52,936 bases of DNA from Klebsormidium nitens (Eukaryota; Plantae; Klebsormidiophyceae), in NCBI GenBank assembly GCA_000708835.1, contig DF237547.1:1-52936 (forward strand). The letters run 5' to 3'. Below the pieces are notes generated by a model. That model was not told the origin of the DNA. It worked only from the letters and a program-made list of their open reading frames with translations, and made no database searches. A program made the translations under genes and the position numbers. Below are positions 1 to 11,422 of the stretch, one piece after another. Every line of letters starts with the position of its first letter. Positions within the stretch are counted from its first letter, which is position 1.

Positions 1-1358
1 CGATCCTATGCAGTATGCTCCTATTAAGTCATTGATCGTATATTGTATACGGTATTCGCATACGATGCTGATACATAAAGCTGGTATTGAGCATGATGCA
101 ATCGAACGGGCATGCATAAGCGGAAGCATTGTATGAATTGTCGATCAAAATTGCGTCAACTGCATAACACATGGCTTTGAGATGACAGTGTCCATTTTCC
201 GGCTCTATAGTCCGGCTCTTTCTCTGGGTACGTTCGATTCAGAAACGAAACCTTTCACAATTTGTAGAGCCGCAAGTAAAGTCGAGAAAAATGGAAATGT
301 CCGTGAACATGCAAGGATTTACCAATATTTGGTTGATGAGCTGACAAACACAAAGGAGCCAAATTAAAGGCTAGGGCCATTTCGAGCACCACTTCGTGTG
401 CTGCTCACCTTCACAGAACTCGAGACTCAAGAATCAGAGTTGGCCATTGATGAGGAGCAAGAGTACTGGAAGAAAGGGCGCTCATGAACGAGGGAAGGTG
501 ATCCTCCATGAAAGAACAGCACACGTTCTCGTGTCTCTCATTCTTCTGAAAGCATTAGCCTCTGTCTTTGCAGCGCTCTGGTTTTCAAGGATCTTGAGGT
601 GGAGACTGTGCTCCAGTTGGCCCCACTTGCAAGCTTCTGAGCCGGCCTGGTTCACTGCGATTCATACAGCATTCTTGCCAGCTGCCCCTTTCTCTACCAG
701 TTTGGCAATTCAAGCTAAACGACCTTGACATGCCTACTTTCTCAGGTAAGCTAAGTCATCTGAGGCGGTGGTTGAGTTTGGTTCCCTCGTATCCTGCTTT
801 CCATCTTCAATTGGATGTTTTCAGCATGGACATTGGCATTGCTATTCAGGTAGAAGTAGATATTTCTGGAGGAACCTGGTCTTGCAACTTCAGAATTTCG
901 GACAGGGCTGCATACAGAGTCAAAGAGAATAGAAGTTACTATGAAATGGGACCTGATTGCTTTTGTTGGGGACAAAATGGCCAGTGGTCTTGTGTCCAAA
1001 TGCATCAAGGAGCAAGGCATGCCGGAGCTAGATTGAGTGAAAGAACTGAAGTAATGCCCCAATTCAGGAGTGTCATGCCACTTGGTGTGTAAAGCCAATC
1101 TTGCACGCATTGCAGGTGAAAAGCTTCAGGTGAAAAGCTTAGGTCATCTAGAACCCTTCAAGCCGGCACCCGGAAGTCTCCCAGAGAATAGCCTTTTACG
1201 TCTCAAACAGCAGAAAGTTCCTTTGTCCATTCGTCCAAGCACCGTTGGAATGTTGCTAAAGCAGGGCCAATGATTTGGACATGACCGTTCTTGATCCAGC
1301 CTGGAGCAAAACCAGTGGCATTCTGACACAGAGCCGCTGTTAGACACTTAGCTTCAGG

Positions 1359-4300
1359 ATGGCCAATCATGAAATGCAGACAGTCCGTCCCCTAGACGCC
1401 GCAAGCAAGCAGTTTCAAGATATTCTGAGCGGCATTGCAAGCCTCCTCGCTAGTAGCTGGCTAGCAGGCCAGCTGACGAGCGTCTATGGCCAGTCCCTGC
1501 CAGGCCAGAGGGCTTTCAAGCACGGCCGCTGGAAGCGCAGGAAGGACGGCACCCTTGTCTATGTCTGCTTGACAAAGAAGGAGCTGAGCGTATCGACGGT
1601 GGGAGTGCGGGATCAAGAGTGCGGGGACTATGCCCTGTACTTGATGTACAGTCTGACTAGTCTGCACAGCCTGAGAATGGCTAGGAGGTTCTTGCCTCTG
1701 ACGCGCAGGCCTGAGCAGAGGCCGGAGGATGCAGTGCTGCAGAACCTGTACGGGTATCGGCTGCCGTGGCGATCAATGAGGCACGCGAGTAAGGCTCTTA
1801 CAAAAGTAGTCACTTGACAGGCTCGGGGCGACCAGCGTGTTCTTCCTTGTTGAAGCTTCTGAGTAGCAGTGGTCTGTTTGGCCTAGTATGTTGGTGCAGA
1901 TTCAAGGACAGTCCTTCAGGGCCGACTCCATATTTTATCTCTCACTGAACACTTTGGGCTAACGTTGGTAGGTCCCTCTCTTTCTTGGCGGTTCACTTTT
2001 GGTCATCAAAGCGTATCTTACGAACAACGCCTTTGCTGACACGCTTAACATAAAGATCCTTTGTTCTTGGTTTGACAGTTGAGATGCCTCTTTTATCTCG
2101 AAGCTATTCTTTGTTTTCAGAAGGGGTGAAGTATCCATCAGACAATGACTTTTATAGAAACATTTGTGATTGTCATTTTCTTGCAGTCAAACGCTACAAT
2201 GCTCTGTACCTGATCTCCCGCATTCGAGCCACGGAGAAGAGCAAGCGCGACGCGAGGTTGAAGCGGAAGCGCGTCAAAGAGCTCCGGGCAGCAACAAGCG
2301 AGGCTCCTCTCAAGTAAGGCCGAACCTTCTGACCTCTCAATCTTTCCTTGAAATAGTGAAGAGCCCGATCCCTTCTCTCTTCAGTACTTCTTTGATGATC
2401 AGAAATCAACACCTGGCGGCCCTCTTGTAGTCGGGCTTGTCACTCGAAATGACCGTTCATGCATTTGTCCCATGACAGGTTGTTTGCACAGCATGCTTTG
2501 CTGGCGAGAATACCTTATCATACTGCAATTTTTGAAAGAGCGTACTTGCTGGTGATCTGCAAAAGAGGTGACAGTCCCTTAATTCAAGGCACTCCTCTTA
2601 CGCTTCTTGTTTTTGCTGTCGCACTAGCCCCTTCTTAGAATGACCAACCGCGAGAAGTCACATAAGCATCCGTTTTATGATGACAAGGAAGAATCATTGG
2701 CGCCGTCCATTTGTGCAAAAAGCAGTCGCTTATCGGAGTCCATCTTGTTCAGGTCGGGCAAACTTGAGCCCGGTTTGCTCCCTGTCGCCGTCCCCTCTCG
2801 CCCCCTGTGTCCGACTATCCGGCACCGAGTAATTACTGTGGTCACAACGGCGGCCCTGCCCTGGCTGACTGGAACGAGCATCAACCCCCTCCTGAGAGCG
2901 GCGTACCTGGAACGACTGGAACACGTTAAAGTCAATCTCATGGTAAGCCTGCCCTCGCTCGCGCAGCAAGCTCTCGTTGACAATTTCCTGTGATTTGTCC
3001 CGACGATGTCAGGCCGTGCATTTCTTATTTCTCTCTCATGTGCAGGCCATGAATCATCGGACTTGCTAACGCAATGAAGCTTAACACCATTCAGTTGAGT
3101 GAGGCCTTCTCCCTTGAACGAACAGTGTCCTTGGTTGGAGCGCCCAAACCAGGGACTCAACTTTAACTATGAGACACCAGAAGAACCTCCCTTTCAATGC
3201 GACTCGTCCTTTCTTTATGTCGAGGACGGATCCCCTCGCCCGAAGCACCCGACCAGCGAATTTCCCCTCGGATCGTTCGTTTTTGTTTTTGAACACAGAG
3301 TTAACAGGGATTTGCTGGTTCGAGGGCCAACGACCAGCGCATCGTTCAGCTTCTGAACACATTTCAACGTATTTTAAGCAGAAACCTTAACCAAATGGCC
3401 TACTGCTTCTCCTATACAGATTCCCTGGCTCGAGGCTGCCGACCAGCGCATCGTCTACCCTCGGGACCAGGTCTTCGCCACCCCCGCCCTCCAAGAGACC
3501 CACATCCGCGAGTGGCTGCTCAACCGGCTAAATCTCGACGTCCACTTCCGGATTGTCTTCTACCCAGCCCGCTTCGACGCCGAGAAGAACAGCATCTTTC
3601 CTTGCGGGGGGTTCGACCTGACGCCCCTGATACCGGAAGCGGAGGCGGACATTGCGGTGCTGGAAGAGCCGGAGCATCTCTGCTGGTGAGGAGCCGAAGC
3701 TTCTTCTTCTTACCTATACTGTGTCTTGGTTTGTGATGGGGTCAGCAATTGTCGAGCCCTTCATTCGTCAACCTTGTTTGGCGGGGCAACGTTCGAACAG
3801 ACGGTGAGGAGCTCTGGTAATGTGTTGTTCTGGTCAAGCAAATCGTGGCTAGCGGTTGTAGTCATGCTTCGGTCATGCAATACGGAATGGCTCTTATCGA
3901 GCAGAACATGTCGGCGGCCGTGCCGAAAGACAAATTGTTTCCAAGTGGGTCGGCTGAATAGTGTTGTTCCGATCCGGTTCCGGATAGGGTTGTTCCCTTT
4001 CATCGTTCTCGCAAACAGCGTCTTGGATGAGCATCTGACGATTTTCGTTCAGGCCAACTCACTTCAGCACACCTTCCGCACGGCAAGTCTCTCCACCTTC
4101 CTTCGACTATAATTGGCATACTTGGCGCTCCCATTCGAAATTCCAACTCGACAATTGGTCTCTTCAGCCAGCAAAGCACCTCCATCTCAAAGATTGTCAT
4201 CCACGTGCAGAATTCCGTGTTGTTTTCAGGTACCACTTTGGTCCCAAGTGGCGCCAGGTGTTCAGGCTCGTGATCGGGGTTATTCACACCAACTACGTGG

Positions 4301-7300
4301 AGTACGTCCGGCGGCAGCCGGTGGACAAGGGCGGCGGCCCGGTGCTCGCGTTCCTGCTCTGGTTCGTCAACGTGTGGAGGACACGTGCCAACTGCCACGT
4401 GGCCATCCGCCTCTCGGAGGGCGTGCAGGTGAGGAAGGACGCTTTCCGCGGTTGTTTGTTAAGGTCGCATAAACGGGAAGGAGAGGCGGGTTGTGAGACA
4501 TTCCGGGAGTATAAATTGCAGGGCTGCGAACAGGCCGCTCTGGGATTCCGCTCACAGATTCCTTTGCTTGTCTAAAAATAGTATGTAGCAATAGGCTAAT
4601 GATCGCAAGAAGTTTGACTCCGTTTGGGGTTTCTTTCGTTTCCAGCTTGCTGATCCGTGCAAAGTGCGAAGTGCGGATTTCAAAGGGCCGCCACCTAGCT
4701 CGTCCGAGCTTCAAAACTGATTTTTGTAAGGGCACCGTCACACTGCTCGCTCGAGGGTACATGATCCCTGACGCTTCCTTGGAGGAACAGAGCCTTACAA
4801 CCTCTCAAGAGAGAACTCAGTGGAGAACTAAAAACAGTCTTGACCCCCACGTGGCGCAGTTTTACTTCGACGCCGTCGTGTGCAACGTCCACGGCGTTGC
4901 GCCCCAATTTCTGACCGTCCACGAGCACCTGACGGATTCCGGTCGTCCAAAGGTCGGAATTGCGCCGGAATCCGCGGTTGCTGACGGTTCAGAGACTGCG
5001 GGGGAAAGTGTCGTCCTTGCAAACGGAGACGGGCGGACTACGGGAGAAGAGATTGAGGACCGTGGAGCGCCCCTCGTGTTTGACAAGGGGTGCTACTTTA
5101 TTGGAAAGGTAAGAGACCAAACCTGCTTTGGAATCTTTTCTCATTAGAAAGAGGAGTCGAACTCTGTTAAAATGTCTTTGTCTTTGAAGGGCCCCTTTCG
5201 CTGGCTACGCAGGCGCGAGAAAGGTGCTGCTCGTGAGAGCTGACTTTCGGGTTTGAAAAGACCATAAGCCACACGATGTGATGTGCGAAGCCGTTTTCGT
5301 TTAGCGTGGTCTTCAATGTTCCCGGTATTCCGAAGGTGTCAAGATTGGAGGCAGCTCGCGCAATCAGCCTGGTAGCTGGTCCGTGTCACATCGCACGATT
5401 CCATTGCTCGAACTAAATCTGCTGCTTCCAAGAGTTAGAAGGATAGAAACAAGCTTGCAGGTGCTCACTTAGGCGAAACTTCTGAACGCTTAGGAAGTCA
5501 AAGATCCTACCAAACCTGAAGCTCCAAAGCCGCTCCGACACTGCTACTGCGTGTGTTGTGGGATCGTATGAGTTGATTTGTCAAACCGACCCTTCTTCAT
5601 CTGCGTTTCTCAGATGCTTTGGGCGAAAGGATACCAAGAGTTGTGCGACCTGCTCCTTGACTACTGCAAGCGGCAGAGGGGGGAGGAGCCCTCCCCCCTA
5701 GAGGAAAAGAAGCGGCGATTCTTGAGGCTCCCATTCAGGCTACGGCCCGTTGAAACCAAGCGGAGGGGCGGGACAGGCCTGTATGAGAGAGATAGAAAGA
5801 TCGGTCTTGAAGCGGTCCGGATTCCAAGCGGGGCCGGACGGACGGTAGAAATGAACGGTATTCACGCCACGAACGAGGGCGGCCTTTTGGAGACCCCCAA
5901 GGAGGAGAGTGACGTCAGCAGAGGCGGATGGAATGAAGTTAGCGAGACCAGGGCGTTCATCAGCCAGTACCCTAGCGAGACCGACGAACCAGACAGCCCC
6001 CTGAGCCGAGCGTCCATTGACCCCGCCCTCGCGCAGGCCGCCGATCAGGCGTCTCGGGTGTCGCAGGATGACGTCATGCGGGGGCCACGTGGCCAAAACG
6101 GGGCCCGGAGGCACTCGCTCAAGGCGAAGTTTGATAGCGCAACGACGCCGGCCGAGGCGGCCGCCGTCATAAGGGGGCTGGGGAAGCAGGGCCCCCGGAT
6201 ACATTATGCCGAGAGTCTTAGTCCCCCCTCATACAAGTCGGCGGCTGATCATAGCACTGCTTTCAAGGATGCTGACGTCATAGACGACGGCCAAGTGCCA
6301 ACAATTCGGCCGCGCGTTCATACTCTGGAGGACGACGCAAGCGGCCCTGGTGGGAATGCGTCTACACAGGGTGTGAACGCCCCTCATGCGGGAGTGAACA
6401 GGCCCGTCGTGGGTGTGTCCGGGCTTCAACGGCGTGTGAACGGGCTTGAGATCGGTGTGAACGGGCTTGAGGCAAATCTGAACGGACTCGGGAGCGACTC
6501 TCCGATCAAAGTGCGCCTGAGCGTGGAGACTGACGGGGCCACTTTCGGGGAGCAGCACCAGAGTAAGCTGGGTTCGCACGAAGATGGGGGTCGAAAGGTG
6601 GGGCATGTCGCCGGCTCGCGTGCAAACGGCCTGGTAAAGGACGCGGCTATGACGTCAGCGGACGTCAGCGGGCCGCCCAAGGGTGAACGGGCGACGATCC
6701 ACGTGGACTGCTACGGGACTGGTGGCGAGGAGGATGAGATTATTGGCTTCGCAACTGAGTGAGTTCCTTATTTTTGGTCTGCGGCTTCTGCTGGTCGAGA
6801 TATTGGGACTGAGGAACAGAGTAACATCCAACAAACGATTCGATCGTCCTTCCACTCAAGTCGCCGGTCGGCTGGAACATCCTGAGGTTAAGCACCATCA
6901 CGTTGCCTGGAGGATTTTGGATTGAAGGGACCATAGTAAGGAATGCCGCTCTTACTCTGGAAGCTCATTCACCTTGAAATGTATCCGTTTCGACTCAGTC
7001 AGTTTTGAAGCCGCATTCATGCAGGTGCTTAGATCTCTCCCACCAAAGCGCTATTTCAAACATGTTTCCTGGGTGGCGAGAATTGTGCGGATGCTTCTCT
7101 CTGGCTCTGCAACATGTTCGTAGTTCCAGCAGAGCTTTGCTCGTCGTTCAGGTCTGCATATATCTTGGCTCTTGAAGCCTTCTCAGATTCTGCAGGAAGG
7201 CTCTCCAAATCACACTCCACAGGTGGCGCAAAGCACGCGGACGTATCTCTGTGGGTTACAAGGCGTTCATAGAGACTGGATATACCCTAACCTTTTATCG

Positions 7301-9263
7301 TCGCTCGAGTAGAACGGTGATCCAATAGCAGGTTGTCTCTCCTTAATTCTGCAGGAACGCTCTCCTGGTCACATTTCACGCCCGGTGCGACGATGTTTAC
7401 GCGTCCCTCTGGGCTGCAAATATTACTTTTCTTCCAGTGTCCTTGATTGGAGGAAAGCCTTGGAAACCGTCGCGCTAAGTCGCAATCTGGTCGAAATCCA
7501 ATCATGTTCCAAAGTCTGCAGGAACGCTCTCCCGGTCACATTTCACAGACCGCGCGACCACGCAGACGCGTTCCTCTGAGGGAACCAGAATTCGTTGACC
7601 CAAAATGCTGTGTACTGTCACCCGGATCAGAAACAGCCAACCTGAGAGACCGAGTATGGGGTATGGAACGTCAACAACAACCGTATATTATCCATTTTTT
7701 CCGCAGGAATGCTCTTCCGGTAACGTTCCATGGGCGGCGCGACCACGCGCACGCATCCTTCTGGGGCTACAACTTCTGTAGATGCTAATGTTAGCTTTGA
7801 CTGTTGCTCAGGTCCGTCTCAATGCTATATATGAATCAGATTGTCTATCCAAACGTTTGCAGGAACGCTCTCCCGATCACGTTCCACGGGCGGCGCGACC
7901 ATGCGGACGCGTCTCTGTGGGGCTACAAGGTGTTCGTCGACTTCAGATCATGTTGTTTCCCGGCACCCAAACCCAAAACAAAATGTATCGAGGATCAAAC
8001 CTGAGTGCTGAACAGCTACAATATTTCACTCATTCGATTGTCTTCTCAGGAATGCTCTCCCGGTCACGTTCCATGGACGGCGCGACCACGCGCACGCGTC
8101 CCTGTGGGGCTACAAGGTGTTCGTGAACCCCAGCTGCAGCGACGTGCTGTGTACCACCACCGCCGAAGCGTTGGCGATGGGCAAGTTCGTCGTGATCGCC
8201 GACCACCCGTCCAACATCTTCTTCGCGCAATACTTCCCGGAGAACACCATCCTGTACGACCCCGATGTTCCAGGTAAGCTTCTTGTAGAAGCCTCGTTGT
8301 TGAACTACATTGTTGAATTGGTTTCGAACGAAACGCGTCCAGAACTCAAGAAGCGTTGGCATGTAATCGCCGACCACCCGTCCAACATCTGATTCGCTTA
8401 GAACTTCCCGGAGAACACCATCCGCAACGACCCAGATGTTCCAGGTAAGCCAGACGCTAACCCTCTCCTGACCTGGTTGTTGGACTAGACTTCAGTATAA
8501 AGTTTCAAAAAGCCCAGAGGCAATGCTGACCTCCGATACCTGTCCTACAAGCTTTCTTCATTGTCTGAGCTTAACCAAATCAGCTTAATCTGCTTGGGTC
8601 GGAATTATTCTCCGAACGGCGCTGTTAGAATGGTTGAGATATTGCATTAGGCTTTTCAGACATTCGACTCTGGGAAACCGAGACACTTGAAATATCTCGT
8701 CTTTGAATCTGACGGAATGCTCGATGCTAATTCCGCTACGTTTGGTATTTGCAGAGGAGTTTGGCGCGGCGCTTCAGCGAGCGCTTGAGGGCCATCCGGC
8801 GCCGCTTTCACCAGCACAGCGCAGGATGCTGACGTGGGAGGCCGTAAGCACCGCTTCTTCATTTCTCCTCTGTGTACGATGCTTCGTTGAGCTGAACCAC
8901 AATGTAGCCGGTCCTTGGCGCCACAAATTCTGCCGTGATCTTTTAAATTGAACTTTAGTCCAGAGCATTGAACCTGCTTGAGCTTTTCGTCAAGGCGCTT
9001 GTCAGGTTTCTCAACGGGTGCTTCCATGGAGCAGTGTGAACTTTGGTGAACGAACTCCACCTGTTAGCTCGCTGCCTGATTGTACCAACAGTACTAAAAA
9101 TGGTCGACTTTGAAGGGCGTCAATCTAACCGAGGGCTTTCCCACCCGACTGGCGATTGCGAGATCGTTTGGAGACGGCCAGATCCCAGATCGCTGGCACT
9201 AATAAATAACAACCATTTTTGCAGGCGACTGAGCGTTTCATGTCCGTTGCGAAGCTGCTTTGA
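1359..9263 (+). CDS. DGD1: Digalactosyldiacylglycerol synthase (DGD1/DGD2 family, GT4), about 985 aa, 10 predicted exons
   Basis: Phase-consistent GT-AG exons: 1359-1788, 2187-2313, 2753-2942, 3420-3685, 4230-4428, 4860-5108, 5614-6758, 8050-8273, 8755-8843, 9225-9263 (2958 nt). DGD family motifs: [111 protein letters not shown]. The 5' start is uncertain because an acceptor-like CTTCAG precedes the ATG at 1359. DGD1 versus DGD2 orthology is not resolved. Confidence 0.93.
3229..3348 (+). repeat. Two decayed intronic copies of the start of the DGD exon at 3420
   Basis: 3229-3271 matches 3419-3451 at 26/33 nt and then shares CCCTCGG. 3309-3348 shares CGACCAGCGCATCGT and CTGG.TCGAGG with the exon start. 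Confidence 0.75.
7190..7950 (+). repeat. Array of five intronic copies of the acceptor plus the first ~67-80 nt of the DGD exon at 8050
   Basis: The motif CAG|GAA(C/T/G)GCTCT... begins at 7196, 7355, 7522, 7707 and 7863; the true exon begins at 8050. The copies encode variants of [22 protein letters not shown]. Confidence 0.95.
8363..8450 (+). repeat. Intronic copy of the end of DGD exon 8050-8273, including the donor site
   Basis: Colinear with 8192-8279 at an offset of 171 nt. It ends in the same GATGTTCCAG|GTAAGC and carries two in-frame stops. Confidence 0.92.
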
Positions 9264-9539
9264 GGCGAGGAGCTTATGGTAAAGAGCATGTAAAGGTCAA
9301 GGTTCTACTTCTTTGAGTGTATCTGTGTCTGAGAATGCATAACTAATGGATTCAAAACGTGTTGCCAATATAGTAGATCTGGAAGGTCCTTGACTCGTAA
9401 TACTTGGTAGAGCATCGCAAGCAAGCAGAAACTTGTCTTTTTAAAAGTAAAATTGACCTATCAGTGGTGCTTGAATCAAGTTTCTAATGTTCATTCAATG
9501 ATGAGTTCTTGGCACTACCAATAAGCAAAGCCAGCTGCT

Positions 9540-10500
9540 CATGCACGAGTGTTACGCTCAGCTCGCCAACCGTGGCTCCATCCCTGCGTCGATCTTGTCC
9601 TCATCAGCCCCACTGATGGGGAGCCGATCATAGTACGAAGCGATAGCCTAGCTTTATTACGGTTGTGCATAAACCCCGTAGTACGTCAGCAATAGTTTCG
9701 GCAAGCACAGCTAGTATACGCTTACTCAGTATATAAGGGCTCGATGCATGCCATCTGATATGGAGGCCTGGCCCGCTAAGCTAGCGCCGCGGCGTGGCAG
9801 ACGCCGGCCGTCCTCCAGGGCCCGGAAGTTCGCGGGCTAGGCGAGCCTAGGGCCGTGCTCCCGAAACCGTGCATGGATTTATATAAGAAACATGGTATAG
9901 TGGAACTCAAGTCTACGTGCGGGTTGGACTGTTCGCGGCAACTCATGACTAGTTGCTGCGGCGGCAGCGCAATCATCATATAGGTATGTACGTGCCAGGT
10001 AGTGGCGACCATGCATGCCGTAAACTAGCTCTGTACGACAATTGCAAGCAGATCATTCTTTCTAGGTCATGCAACCAAAGCTCGAACCCTGTAAGAGTCT
10101 TACATGCTCTGGCCGGTCAGACCTAGGCCCGTACGGCGGCCGCCGCGCATGCCGGGTTACTCATTAACATGGATCTTACCGTCATGCAGCTAGTCCACGT
10201 GACCAATTGCATTCTTGAATGATGACGTCCAATCGCGTTTTTTGGAGAAAGGTGGCAATCCGCAGTCGACTTGCTGGCAAGTTGCGTATACATATATGCG
10301 ATTACCATGCACCGCCACATGGTACGGCACCGAAGAGGATTGTCTCTATCCACCAATATGGCAGTCGGATCAGCTAAGGCGCTCAAAACCTTTTTACCGG
10401 GGTCATACTGTGTTTCCGCATTTCATTGCCTAGACCTGGCAATGAGTAGAGTAAGCAGCGGTGTTTCAAGGATTCAACGACAGTCATCCCACTTTGTTAG
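9540..10500. other. Intergenic palindrome-rich island
   Basis: Hand count: about 11 CTAG and about 13 CATG sites in ~0.8 kb. It also has a NotI site near 10136 and the hairpin GTAAGA-G-TCTTAC at 10091-10103. Confidence 0.6.
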
Positions 10501-11422
10501 GACTCCCTGAGACTTTATGAGAACACCGTCTCCTATATATATACTCCAATCTGTACAACTGCTTTCAGCGGTCTCAATGCTGATCCGACTCATCTATGTC
10601 TGAATTGTCTGGAGGGGGAGAACACCGGAAACTGCACAAGGTCCACCTGGCAGGTACATTGACCTGTAGCTTAATCTACCAACGCTGGCTCCAACGCCCT
10701 CCCATAGTAAAAGCCGACTGCAAACGAAAGTGGCCAGGGCGTGATCTCCTCCATCAGCTACAATAGGCCCAGATGTGCTCTGCCCATCTGGACGCTTGCA
10801 ATCTACTGTATACGTATAGGGGATCCTTATATTTGGAGGTTTACGTGGCAGCCGCCGGGCAAGCTGCACTTCCCGACCTCGAACTTCCATCCTGGAGGTT
10901 TGCGCATGGGCTACGATGCGAATTTATTCCGTTAGGCCTCCGATCCCACGAGTTCCTGAAATACGAACAACAGAAGGAGTCAAAACATGCCCGGCCAGTA
11001 ATCAGTGATGTAGCATTTCTTGTGCCAAGATTTTGGGTCTCTTGATATCCCAGCTGATTGACGGCAGATGCTTTCTGTGAGCAGATTTGGTCAGAACGCT
11101 TAACGGACTGCTAACACTGGAACGCTGACGGAAACCAGCCATTAAACACGGACTACGCCCCTTTTCCAAGCGTTACTGCGCCAGTCTGTCTGCTACAGAT
11201 AAGCTCTCAACAGAGTCGTTATCGATGAGAAAAGCCGATGGCAGCGTTCCTCTGAATCGGCTTTAGAAAGGTGCTACACGAGCTTGATCGAGCCGGCAGA
11301 ACGAGCTGAAGCAATGATGAATGAGTTGCATCATCCGGAAGTTTCGGCTGAAAGATTTTCTTGCTTAAAGGACCCACAGATTCAAATCAAGCCGTGAATC
11401 AAAGAATCTTGCGAAATCTTGT

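Noticed and set aside
182-1273. Short ORFs upstream of DGD, including an exon-like ELETQESELAIDEEQEYWKKGRS* at ~414-486
   Set aside because: No recognisable domain and no consistent exon chain could be built. They may be the end of an upstream gene or UTR.
5740-6855. Antisense ORFs over the large DGD exon
   Set aside because: Shadow frames of GC-rich coding sequence.
7190-8130. CRISPR-like repeat-spacer array
   Set aside because: The repeat is the start of a host exon with a splice acceptor. The units are too long and divergent, the context is eukaryotic and there are no cas genes.
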